Origin: Ktedonobacterales bacterium
GTDB taxonomy: Bacteria > Chloroflexota > Ktedonobacteria > Ktedonobacterales > JADMIN01
NCBI GenBank assembly: GCA_030167145.1
Contig: CP126532.1
Span: 2,640,001-2,672,000 of the forward strand
Length of the DNA stretch: 32,000 nt
Direction: 5' to 3'
Shown piece by piece: positions 23,118 through 31,309 of this stretch. Each line of letters begins with the position of its first letter. The stretch's first letter is position 1. The notes beneath the pieces are model-generated. The model searched no databases, was not told the origin of the DNA, and saw only the letters and a program-made list of their open reading frames with translations. The position numbers were made by a program, and so were the translations under genes.

Positions 23118-24695
23118 ATGTCGAACGCCTCGAATGTGACACGCCCGCCGGCGATTCTCGCCTTCCCCAGGGCGAAAACGCCGCCATCCACCACTACCTC
23201 GCGCTGGCGTTGGCCGCTGGCGCTAGCGGCGCTGCTGGTGGTGGGGGCGGCGCTGCGCCTGGTGGGCATGGCGCGCCAGAGCCTCTGGCTAGACGAAGCC
23301 TTCAGCGTCTATCTGGCGGCCCACCGCTTCCCAGACATCCTCAGCTTCGTCGTCAGCTCAGACGCGCACCCACCGCTCTACTATCTGTTGCTGCACCTCT
23401 GGCTGATCTTCGGCGTATCCGAGCTGGCGGTGCGATCGCTCTCCGCGCTCGCGAGCATCGCCGCGCTGGCGGTCGTCTATCTCCTGGGGCGCCAGCTAGC
23501 GCATCCGCGCGTGGGGCTGATCGCCGCCGCGCTCATGGCCACCTCAGCGTTTCAGATCTGGTACGCGCAGGAAGCGCGCATGTATGCGCTCACCTCGCTG
23601 GCGGTGCTGCTGGCCGCCTACGGCCTCGTGCGCGCGTGGCAGCACGGCGGCGCGGGCGCGTGGACGCTCTTCGCGAGCGCGATGCTCGTTGCGTTGTATC
23701 TGGACTACAGCGCCTTCTATGTGTTTACCGCCTTTCTCCTCTGGTTCCTGCGTGTGGGGCGGCGCGAGCGCCAGATGCGGCGGCCATTTTTGCTCTGTTG
23801 CGGGTTGATCGTGCTGGGCTACCTGCCCTGGATGCCCGCCTTCTGGCGGCAGGCTATCGCGCTGGGCGGCCTCACCAACTGGATCAGCGGCGCGAACGGC
23901 TCCGGCTTCTTCGGCTCGCTGAGCGATCTGCTCTTCAACCGCAGCAACCTTGGCCTGCCCGGCGATGGACCGCTGGCTATCCTTTTCGGCGCATGCAGCC
24001 TGCTCTTGCTGCTGCTCGCCTTCTGGCTGCCGCGCCGCACGCCCGCCTATCCCTTGCTGGCCTACTGGCTGGGCTGGCCCTGCCTGCTCGCCTTCGCCGC
24101 CGACCTCATGAACCGCCCCATCGTCATCGCCCGCACCCTTATGGTGGTGCAGCCCGCGCTCTTCCTGCTGCTGGCGCTGGCCGCCGACATCACCCTCACC
24201 GCCTGGGCCGCGCGTCGGCGACAGCGCATCAGCTTCTTCCTGCTCACCGGCTGCCTCGCCGTGCTGCTGATCGCCAATCTTGCCGCGCTGACAACGACCT
24301 GGCGTGCGCCGGTAAAAGAAGACTGGCGCGCCGCCGCCACGTTCGTCGCTACCCACGAGCATCCAGGCGCACTAATTCTCTTCAACGCCTACTTCACGCA
24401 GATGCCTTTTGACTACTACTACTCGCAGCAGCCCACATCCGCCGCTGGCGTGGTCGAACGCGGATACAACACCCAGGAGTCGCTGCTCTTTGCGGATCCC
24501 GCGCAGACAAGCCTTCCCATACGCCCTGGCCCCGACACGTCGGGCTATGAACAGGTCTGGCTGGTGCTAAGCCATACCGGCACATCCGACGATGCCGCGA
24601 CCCCGCCGTGGCTCTTCAGCCAGTATCGTCTCGCGGGCACATGGCATTACACTGGCGGTGTCACCATCCGCCTCTTCCAGACGCCCACCACCTGA
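23118..24695 (+). CDS. GT-C fold membrane glycosyltransferase #3 (GT39/ArnT-like)
   Basis: QSLWLDEAFSVYLAAH and DAHPPLYYLLLHLW motifs, more than 10 TM helices, soluble C-terminal domain. Start at ATG 23118 or GTG 23073. Confidence 0.85.
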   Translation: MSNASNVTRPPAILAFPRAKTPPSTTTSRWRWPLALAALLVVGAALRLVGMARQSLWLDEAFSVYLAAHRFPDILSFVVSSDAHPPLYYLLLHLWLIFGVSELAVRSLSALASIAALAVVYLLGRQLAHPRVGLIAAALMATSAFQIWYAQEARMYALTSLAVLLAAYGLVRAWQHGGAGAWTLFASAMLVALYLDYSAFYVFTAFLLWFLRVGRRERQMRRPFLLCCGLIVLGYLPWMPAFWRQAIALGGLTNWISGANGSGFFGSLSDLLFNRSNLGLPGDGPLAILFGACSLLLLLLAFWLPRRTPAYPLLAYWLGWPCLLAFAADLMNRPIVIARTLMVVQPALFLLLALAADITLTAWAARRRQRISFFLLTGCLAVLLIANLAALTTTWRAPVKEDWRAAATFVATHEHPGALILFNAYFTQMPFDYYYSQQPTSAAGVVERGYNTQESLLFADPAQTSLPIRPGPDTSGYEQVWLVLSHTGTSDDAATPPWLFSQYRLAGTWHYTGGVTIRLFQTPTT

Positions 24696-24735
24696 CACGC
24701 TGACGGCCATACCGACCCTCTGCGAGATCCCCCTG

Positions 24736-24766
24736 TGATACCCAAGGCACATCATCGTGATACCCT
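24736..24766 (+). promoter_or_regulatory. GATACCC direct repeat, copy C (TGATACCCA-N13-TGATACCCT; 22-bp phasing)
   Basis: tgatacccaaggcacatcatcgtgataccct read directly. It sits immediately upstream of the -35-like hexamer of the GT2/radical SAM operon. Confidence 0.6.
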
Positions 24767-24773
24767 CCGTGCC

Positions 24774-24801
24774 TTGTGAGTGACGCGCGCATCTTCATAA
24801 T
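24774..24801 (+). promoter_or_regulatory. Putative sigma-70-like promoter (TTGTGA-N16-CATAAT) of the small ORF/GT2/radical SAM operon
   Basis: -35-like TTGTGA at 24774-24779, 16-nt spacer, -10-like CATAAT at 24796-24801. It is about 90 nt upstream of the ATG at 24890. Confidence 0.4.
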
Positions 24802-24889
24802 TGGTCGTATACCCGCGACAAGACATCAAGCACCCGACGTGGCATGCCGGGCAACGGCAATGGACTACGGTCGCTGGGGAGAGACACCT

Positions 24890-25210
24890 ATGAGCACGTC
24901 GTCAACTGGAGGGCCGCCTGCAAGCGCCGCCACCCAGCCCGTCCCCGAACGGGACATCGCCTTCCAACTGCTGCTGTTGCAGCAGAAGCTCGGCGCGCTG
25001 GACCGGCTCTACAACGAAGAAGTTGGGGCGCTGCATCACGACCTGACACAGCTCAAGGCTGAGTATGTGCGCCAGGTGCAGGCACAGCGAGAAGGAGCGC
25101 CCTCCAAGCCATCGCGCCAGGAGAAGAAAACGGCGAAAGGCTCGCGCCGCAAGTCTTCGCCAGGCGAGACGGGTAAGCCGTCGCCGCGCAACGCGGGAGC
25201 AGCCTCCTGA
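24890..25210 (+). CDS. Small coiled-coil protein with basic, Ser/Pro/Lys-rich tail (unknown function)
   Basis: GGGGAGAGA RBS. 106 aa. Heptad-like DIAFQLLLLQQKLGALDRLYNEEVGALHHDLTQLKAEYVRQVQAQ. Its stop lies 13 nt before the next gene. Confidence 0.5.
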   Translation: MSTSSTGGPPASAATQPVPERDIAFQLLLLQQKLGALDRLYNEEVGALHHDLTQLKAEYVRQVQAQREGAPSKPSRQEKKTAKGSRRKSSPGETGKPSPRNAGAAS

Positions 25211-25223
25211 GAGGAATGCAGAC

Positions 25224-26570
25224 ATGGCAAAGGAAAGCGGTTTCGCGCAAGGTACGCCAATTGCGCCGGGGATCTCGTGCAGCGCGGGCGTCATGGCGTA
25301 CAACGAGGCAGGCAACATCGCCAGCGCCATCGCCAGTATCCTCAACCAACCACTGGAAACCGGCTGCATCGCCGAGGTGATCGTCGTCGCCAGCGGCTGC
25401 ACCGACGACACCGTGCCCATCGTGCGCGGCATCTGCCAGCGCGACCCACGGGTGCGGCTGATCGTGCAGGAGCGCCGCGAGGGCAAGGCGTCGGCCATCA
25501 ACCTGTTCCTCAGCGCCGCCACCGCGCCAATCCTGCTGATGGTCAGTGCCGATGTCATCATCAAGGATGGCTCGCTCGACGCGCTGCTGCGCCCCTTCGG
25601 CGATCCGCGCATCGGCATGGTGGGCGCGCATCCCATCCCGGTCAACGACGAGCAGCGGTTCCTTGGCCACGCGGTACACCTGCTATGGAGCCTGCACGAC
25701 CGCATCGCCCGCCAGTCACCCAAGCTGGGCGAGGTGGTCGCCTTCCGCAATGTCGTGCCGAGCATCCCGCCCGATACACCGGTGGATGAGATCTCGATCC
25801 AGGCGCTGGTCGTGCAGTTGGGCTATGAGTTGCTCTACGAGCCGCGCGCCATTGTCTACAATCGCGGCCCCGAAACCATCGGCGACTTCCTGCGCCAGCG
25901 CCGCCGCATCTACAGCGGCCACCTGCGCATCCAGCGCCAGCAACAGTATTCCGCCGCGACGATGAGCGTGCCGCGCATCACCCGCGCCCTACTGGCCGAG
26001 CATCCCTTCGCCACGCCGCGCGCCGCCTGCTGGACCTGCGGCACAGTTGGCCTGGAAGCGCTGGCGCGTGCGCTGGGCAGCTACGACCAGATGCGCCGCC
26101 GTCAACATCAGGTGTGGCAGATGGCCGGCACCACCAAAGCGCGAATCGCCGAAGCCGCCACCGCGCACAGCCTCGAAAGCGTGCTGGTCTTCCATATCGC
26201 GGGCTTCCACCAGCACGAGCTAGAGCTGGGCAGCCGCAACGCGCGGCGTCTACTTGAGGCCGTGACCGAGCGGCTGCGCCAGGAGTTGCGCGCCTACAAC
26301 GGCAATGTCGCCGCCGAGCGCAATGGCACGATCATCGCCCAACTTCCGGTAGATCGCGCCGAGGCGGAACGGCTGGCGCAGCAGGTAATCCCGGCGGTGG
26401 CACGCGCGCCGCTGCGGATCGCGGGCAGCCGCGAGACCGCGCCGGTGCGGTTGGCCTGCGGCATCATCGAATTCGCGCGTGAAGGCGGAGGTAGTAGTGC
26501 GTTCGCCACCTCCGTGCCGGAGTCGGCATGGAGCGCTCAAGAGCAGAGTCCAGCGGTGGAGGCAGTTTAG
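25224..26570 (+). CDS. Soluble GT2 glycosyltransferase fused to a C-terminal degenerate GGDEF-like (nucleotidyl-cyclase fold) domain
   Basis: GAGAGGA RBS. GT2 N-terminus GVMAYNEAGNIASAIASILNQ, VVASGCTDDT, LLMVSADV, FLRQRRRIYSGH. C-terminal SVLVFHIAGFHQHELELGSRNARRLLEAVTERLRQELRAYNGNVAAERNGTIIAQLPVDRAEAERLAQQV follows the GGDEF-domain spacing pattern but lacks GG(D/E)EF. Confidence 0.8.
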   Translation: MAKESGFAQGTPIAPGISCSAGVMAYNEAGNIASAIASILNQPLETGCIAEVIVVASGCTDDTVPIVRGICQRDPRVRLIVQERREGKASAINLFLSAATAPILLMVSADVIIKDGSLDALLRPFGDPRIGMVGAHPIPVNDEQRFLGHAVHLLWSLHDRIARQSPKLGEVVAFRNVVPSIPPDTPVDEISIQALVVQLGYELLYEPRAIVYNRGPETIGDFLRQRRRIYSGHLRIQRQQQYSAATMSVPRITRALLAEHPFATPRAACWTCGTVGLEALARALGSYDQMRRRQHQVWQMAGTTKARIAEAATAHSLESVLVFHIAGFHQHELELGSRNARRLLEAVTERLRQELRAYNGNVAAERNGTIIAQLPVDRAEAERLAQQVIPAVARAPLRIAGSRETAPVRLACGIIEFAREGGGSSAFATSVPESAWSAQEQSPAVEAV

Positions 26571-26584
26571 GAGGCAGTGTAACT

Positions 26585-27742
26585 ATGGGTATGCGAAAAG
26601 TGCTTACACGGATTCCTGTGCTTCAGGCGTCCTATCTCACCGGGCATCCGATGGGGTTGCCCGTCAACATCACCATCAGCACGAGCTACCGCTGTAACTC
26701 GCGCTGCAAGACCTGCAACGTCTGGCTCTTGCCTAATGACGACTTCACCCTGGAAGAGTGGGATCGCACCTTCCAATCGCTGGGCAAAGCGCCGTACTGG
26801 TTCACCTTCAGTGGCGGCGAGCCGACCCTGCGCAAAGACCTGCCGGAGATGGTGGAGAGCGCCTATCGTCACTGCAAGCCAGGCATCATCAACATCCCCA
26901 CCAACGGCATTCAGGATAAGATCATCCCTGGGCGCGTCGAGCGCGTGCTGCAAGCCTGCCCAGAGAGCGAGGTCATCATCAACGTCTCGCTAGATGGCGT
27001 GGGCCTGAAGCATGATACCGTGCGCGGCGTGCGCGGCAACTTCGAGCGGGCGATGCGCACCTACGCCGCGCTCAAAGACCTGAAGACGAAGTACCAGAAC
27101 TTCACCCTGGGCGTCCACTCGGTCATTTCCAACTTCACTGTAGATAGCTTCCCCGAACTCTGCGAATTCGTGCAGACGGAACTGAAGCCCGACCAGTACA
27201 TCACCGAGATTGCCGAGGAGCGCGTCGAGTTGGATACCGTCGGCCTGGGCATCACGCCGCCGGTCGAGAAATACAGCGTCGCCATCAATACACTCGTAGA
27301 GAGTCTCCACGACCAGAAGCTGACCGGCATCTCCGCTGTGACACAGGCGTTCCGGTTGCAATACTACGAGATCGTCAAGAAGACGCTCCGCGAGCATCGC
27401 CAGGTGATTCCGTGCATGGCGGGCGTCGCCTCGGCGCAGATCGCCCCCAACGGCGACGTGTGGACCTGCTGCATCCGCGCGCAATCTATGGGCAACCTGC
27501 GCGAGTATGGCTACGACTTTGGCAAGGTCTGGCGCACGGCGCGGGCCGACGAGCTACGCCACAGCATCAAGGCGGGCGAATGCTATTGCCCGCTGGCGAA
27601 CGCTTCGTACACCAACATGCTGATGCACCCGCCCACGCTGGCGAAAGTCTCCGCGACGGTGCTGCGCGAGCGACGACAAGCCGCCAAGGCAGGCCAGGGC
27701 GCGCCGCAGCCCGCGCTGCCCATCCCCGCCGCCGAGGCTTAG
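26585..27742 (+). CDS. Radical SAM enzyme with C-terminal SPASM/twitch-like Cys cluster
   Basis: AGGAGG RBS overlapping the upstream stop. CxxxCxxC = STSYRCNSRCKTCNV. SAM-binding FTFSGGEPTL. C-terminal cysteines PCMAG...WTCCIRAQ...GECYCPLAN. Confidence 0.9.
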   Translation: MGMRKVLTRIPVLQASYLTGHPMGLPVNITISTSYRCNSRCKTCNVWLLPNDDFTLEEWDRTFQSLGKAPYWFTFSGGEPTLRKDLPEMVESAYRHCKPGIINIPTNGIQDKIIPGRVERVLQACPESEVIINVSLDGVGLKHDTVRGVRGNFERAMRTYAALKDLKTKYQNFTLGVHSVISNFTVDSFPELCEFVQTELKPDQYITEIAEERVELDTVGLGITPPVEKYSVAINTLVESLHDQKLTGISAVTQAFRLQYYEIVKKTLREHRQVIPCMAGVASAQIAPNGDVWTCCIRAQSMGNLREYGYDFGKVWRTARADELRHSIKAGECYCPLANASYTNMLMHPPTLAKVSATVLRERRQAAKAGQGAPQPALPIPAAEA

Positions 27743-27770
27743 CAGCAACGCCCTGCTTCCCCAACCACAA

Positions 27771-27812
27771 CCCCTCCTCTGCTGCTGCGGCGGGGGAGGG
27801 GCTATTTCTTTG
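27771..27812 (+). terminator. Putative intrinsic terminator of the GT2/radical SAM operon
   Basis: Stem CCCCTCCTC (27771-27779) / GGGGAGGGG (27793-27801), 9 bp with one G-U pair, followed by ctatttctttg. Confidence 0.65.
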
Positions 27813-28034
27813 CGCGAGGAAAAGGTGGGAGCGAGGGGGGTGGACGCGGCATGAATGCCCATAGTCATCGTGACCCCTCAGTACGTATCATGGATGCGTT
27901 CTGCCAATGGCGGGCTACGCTAATAGCCTGTTTAATAGTAGAATGGTTGGCAGTGTCCGCTGCCAGTCACGCTCTCAGGTAGACGGGCGACGCGAACGGG
28001 CAGATCTGGATGAGTTGCCAGAAAGGCTAGGAGC

Positions 28035-29216
28035 ATGAGCGCACAGTCACCTTCCCCTTCCAACTATGGAATGCAGCGACAGCTTGAGGTCTACATGGCG
28101 GGGCTGGCGGGACAACATCCGGTGCTACCGGTGGACTCGGCGGCACTGGAGCATGCCGCCAACGCGGCGATGACTCCTGAGGCGAGCGGCTACCTGGACG
28201 GCATGGCCGATAGCATGCGTGCCAATCTCGCAGCGTTCCGGCGCTGGCGTATCGTCCCGCGGATGCTGCGCAACGTTGCCGAGCGCGACCTGGGCGTTGA
28301 GTTGTTTGGCAAGCGCTACGCGACGCCTCTGCTGTTGGCGCCGATCGGTGTACAGTCTATCGTGCATGCCGAGGGTGAACTGGCGCCAGCGCGCGTCGCG
28401 GCTTCGCTCGGCATCCCTATGATCTTCAGCAGCGCCTCTACCGCCCCGCTGGAACAAGTCGCGGAGGCAATGGGATCTGCGCCTCGCTGGTTCCAACTCT
28501 ATTGGAGCAAGGACCCCGAATTCAACGCCAGCATCGTGGCACGGGCCGAGCGCGCCGGTTGCGAGGCGATTGTCGTCACGCTAGACACCTTTCTGCTGGC
28601 ATGGCGCCCGCTCGACATCCAGAACGCCTATTTGCCGTTCCTCTTGGGTCAGGGCGTCGGCAACTATTTCAGTGATCCCGCCTTCCGCAAGTCGCTCAGC
28701 AAGACGCCGGAGGAAGATCCACAGAGCGCGATCATGCGTTTCATCCAGATCTTCACTAATCCCTCGCTCACGTGGGCTGATCTCGCCACATTGCGCGATC
28801 AAACAAAACTGCCGATTCTGCTCAAGGGCATCTTGCATCCTGACGACGCGCACAAGGCGCTGGAAGCCGGAATAGACGGCGTCATTGTCTCGAATCACGG
28901 GGGACGGCAGGTGGAGGGAGCCATCGCTGCGCTGGATGCCCTTCCAGCGGTTGTCGAGGCAGTGGCTGGGCGCATGCCGGTGCTCTTTGACAGCGGCATC
29001 CGGCGCGCGTCCGACGTGCTGAAAGCGGTGGCGCTGGGGGCGCGAGCGGTGCTGCTGGGGCGACCGTACATGTGGGGGCTGGCGCTCGGCGGGGAGCAGG
29101 GCGTGCGCGAGGTGTTGCGAAACCTGTTGGCGGACCTCGATCTCACGCTGGCCCTCAGTGGCTATACTTCTTTCGCGGACCTGAATCCGTCGTCGCTGGT
29201 GCGCGAGCCGGTGTAG
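28035..29216 (+). CDS. FMN-dependent alpha-hydroxy-acid oxidising enzyme (lactate 2-monooxygenase / L-lactate oxidase family)
   Basis: 393 aa. TPLLLAPIG, WFQLYW, VVTLDT, ILLKGI, IVSNHGGRQ, VLFDSGIRR and GRPYMWGLA motifs typical of the glycolate oxidase/LldD family. Confidence 0.9.
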   Translation: MSAQSPSPSNYGMQRQLEVYMAGLAGQHPVLPVDSAALEHAANAAMTPEASGYLDGMADSMRANLAAFRRWRIVPRMLRNVAERDLGVELFGKRYATPLLLAPIGVQSIVHAEGELAPARVAASLGIPMIFSSASTAPLEQVAEAMGSAPRWFQLYWSKDPEFNASIVARAERAGCEAIVVTLDTFLLAWRPLDIQNAYLPFLLGQGVGNYFSDPAFRKSLSKTPEEDPQSAIMRFIQIFTNPSLTWADLATLRDQTKLPILLKGILHPDDAHKALEAGIDGVIVSNHGGRQVEGAIAALDALPAVVEAVAGRMPVLFDSGIRRASDVLKAVALGARAVLLGRPYMWGLALGGEQGVREVLRNLLADLDLTLALSGYTSFADLNPSSLVREPV

Positions 29217-29247
29217 GGCATCATCCCCGAATCGAATCAGGTCAGTA

Positions 29248-30693
29248 TCACGTGCGGCGCTGCCAGCTCGCGAAGCGCAGCGCCATTCCCACCGCCATCA
29301 CCGCGAGTCCCGCGCCAATGCCGACCCACGTCCACAGATACGTGGCTGGCGGCGCATCGCTTGGCGCTGGCGGCGCTGGCGATGCCGAGGCGATAGGCGA
29401 GGGATTCGCTGGCGTAGCGCGTGAGACGGGCGCAGGCGCCGTGGCCGCAACGCTGGGCGGCGCGGCAGGCATGGTGCGCGGCGTGTCGGCAGGCGCTTGC
29501 GCTTGGAGTTGCGGCGCATCGCTGGGCGTAGAGGTAGAAGATGCGGGCGCATCGGCGGGCGGCGCGCTCATGCTCATCTTCAGTGTCGAACGCAGGTTCA
29601 GGCCCATCGCGCTCAGGCAGAGCAGGCCAGAGCAGGTCATCAGCAGCGCCGTCCACGGGTGCGAGAAGAGGAACATCGCCGCCACCCCCGGCGCGCTCAC
29701 CCCGAAGAGTCCGGAAAATATCAGCAGCCCGATCACCTCATTGCTGCCGATCTGCCCTGGCGGCGTGGGCAGGATGTACCCCAGGTTATAGAGCGTGTAA
29801 CCGAAGAGCGCCACCGGGAAGACCACCCCCACCCCCACCGCCTGGAACGCCAGGAAGGCGAAGAGCGCATCCAGCGCCACCGCCACCGCCGTATACCCCG
29901 CCGCGACGATCAGCCGTCGTGGATTCGCCAGCAGCGCCAGCAGCACCTCGATGAAGCGCATCATGAACGGCTCAACCACATTCCGCATGCGCGCGGGCAG
30001 ACGATCCAGCGGGATACGCAGCAATGCGAACGCCCGCTCGCGCCGCCACGCCGCCAGCCCCAGAAAGGTGAAGCCGATACACAGCACCACCAGCACCGAC
30101 AGCAGCAAGAACCACAGCGGTCCACTCAGCCGGAACGGCAAGAACGGCAGGATAATCACCAGCACCACCGCTGGCAGCAGATCCATCATCTTATCCGCAG
30201 CCACCGTGGGCAGCGAATCGCTCATCGGGATCTCGTCCAGCCGCTTGAGCAGCAGCCCCTTGACGATCTCGCCGCCCCGCAGCGGCAACAGCCAGTTCAC
30301 GAACGTAGCGACCTGATAGATCAGAATCACCTGCACCACGCCCACCGGATGCGGCTTCAAGAAGACACGCCAGCGCAGCGCCCGCACCACATACGCCGCC
30401 AGGAAGACCACGCCGCAGAGCAGCGCCAGCGGAATGTTGAGATGTTCGAGATGCACGAACGCGCCCCGCAGGCTCACCACCCGGCTGAACGTAGCGACCA
30501 GCACCACCGCCGCGAACGCGCCAATGATAATGCGGATCACCTGGCCGTTCAGTCGCCGCGACCGCTTCTTTCTCGCCGTGATAACCCCATCCGGCGCGGA
30601 AAGCGCCTGTAGGGGCGCACGGCGGGCGCACGTCCGGGCGCACGCGCCATCTGCAGGCGTGTATGCGGTCTGCCCACCCATCTCCTGATCCAT
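29248..30693 (-). CDS. Flippase-like polytopic membrane protein (MprF/LPG_synthase_TM, UPF0104 family) with long Pro/Ala-rich C-terminal extension and terminal TM helix
   Basis: ATG 30693 preceded by GGAGGG. YVVRALRWRVFLKP...YQVATFVNWLLPLRGGEIVKGLLLKR signature. About 8 TM helices. C-terminal ~130 aa are low complexity (PADAPASSTSTPSDAPQLQAQAPADTP...) ending in WTWVGIGAGLAVMAVGMALRFASWQRRT. Confidence 0.75.
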   Translation of the reverse strand: MDQEMGGQTAYTPADGACARTCARRAPLQALSAPDGVITARKKRSRRLNGQVIRIIIGAFAAVVLVATFSRVVSLRGAFVHLEHLNIPLALLCGVVFLAAYVVRALRWRVFLKPHPVGVVQVILIYQVATFVNWLLPLRGGEIVKGLLLKRLDEIPMSDSLPTVAADKMMDLLPAVVLVIILPFLPFRLSGPLWFLLLSVLVVLCIGFTFLGLAAWRRERAFALLRIPLDRLPARMRNVVEPFMMRFIEVLLALLANPRRLIVAAGYTAVAVALDALFAFLAFQAVGVGVVFPVALFGYTLYNLGYILPTPPGQIGSNEVIGLLIFSGLFGVSAPGVAAMFLFSHPWTALLMTCSGLLCLSAMGLNLRSTLKMSMSAPPADAPASSTSTPSDAPQLQAQAPADTPRTMPAAPPSVAATAPAPVSRATPANPSPIASASPAPPAPSDAPPATYLWTWVGIGAGLAVMAVGMALRFASWQRRT

Positions 30694-30727
30694 GTGCTGG
30701 TATCCCTCCTGGTATCCTTCCACGCTG

Positions 30728-31297
30728 CTATGCCGCCGCGATGCCGAGCGCGCCATGCGCGCCGGGTGCGATGATGCCGCCCTCCTGAGCATGCGCCTGT
30801 TCGTGGCAGACGCCGCAGAGGCTGATAAAGTGCTCCACGCGATACGACGGCAGCAGCGGCGGCTGCCGCCACAAATGCGCCACCACCGTGCGGTCGCGTG
30901 CGCCGCAGCGCTGACACGTGTAGGCGTCGCGTGCTAGCGCTGCCTTGCGTGCGGCGCGCGTGCGGTGCGTATGGAAGGCATCCAGCGCCACATGGAACGC
31001 GAAGCCCAGCAGGGTCAGCCGCGCCCAGCGCCAGCGCAACCCCAGCAGGCCCAGCGCCGCCAGGGCTTCAGGACTATGCAGGCAGCGGATGCCGTCGTGC
31101 TGCGGTGGCATCGCCTGCGCGAAGAAGCGCACCGCGCCACGTGGGCTAAGCTGGCGCTGCTTTACGCAGTACCAGGCGTAGTGGTCAACATCTATCAGCA
31201 GGCTCGCCGCCCACGGTGCCAGCGCCGCGCGCCCCATGCGGGGGGCCAGCAGCGTCGCCGTCGCGCTCGAAAGCAGCAGATGATCGCGGATTCTCAC
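30728..31297 (-). CDS. Membrane-associated DUF457/YdjM-like N-terminus fused to an HNH-type zinc-finger nuclease motif
   Basis: GTG 31297 preceded by GAAGGAGG at 7-nt spacing. LLIDVDHYAWY. C-terminal CQRCGARD...VAHL...HFISLCGVCHEQAH (CxxC...H...CxxCH...H). Confidence 0.6.
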   Translation of the reverse strand: MRIRDHLLLSSATATLLAPRMGRAALAPWAASLLIDVDHYAWYCVKQRQLSPRGAVRFFAQAMPPQHDGIRCLHSPEALAALGLLGLRWRWARLTLLGFAFHVALDAFHTHRTRAARKAALARDAYTCQRCGARDRTVVAHLWRQPPLLPSYRVEHFISLCGVCHEQAHAQEGGIIAPGAHGALGIAAA

Positions 31298-31309
31298 CCC
31301 GGCGCCTCC

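Noticed and set aside
22841-24412. 523-aa (+) ORF in an alternative frame to GT-C #3
   Set aside because: It is Arg/Ala/Pro/Leu-rich with no TM pattern or motif. The 23118..24695 frame has GT-C hallmarks.
24890-25210. 106-aa ORF heading the radical SAM operon as a sactipeptide/ranthipeptide-type precursor
   Set aside because: It has no cysteine, is long for a precursor, and reads as coiled-coil plus a basic tail. A peptide substrate cannot be fully excluded without family placement of the rSAM.
28035-29216. Lactate monooxygenase-like gene as part of the glycan pathway
   Set aside because: It is separated from the upstream operon by a terminator and a 220-bp lower-GC spacer, and it is convergent with the next gene. 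It is an ordinary FMN alpha-hydroxy-acid oxidase with no evident link, so it was treated as a bystander.
30607-30643. Moving the flippase-like gene start downstream because a REP-like sequence lies in its 5' region
   Set aside because: There is no in-frame ATG or well-placed GTG/TTG with an RBS downstream before the first TM helix. The ATG at 30693 has a good GGAGGG RBS, and this copy is degenerate (direct, not inverted, arms). The start remains somewhat uncertain.
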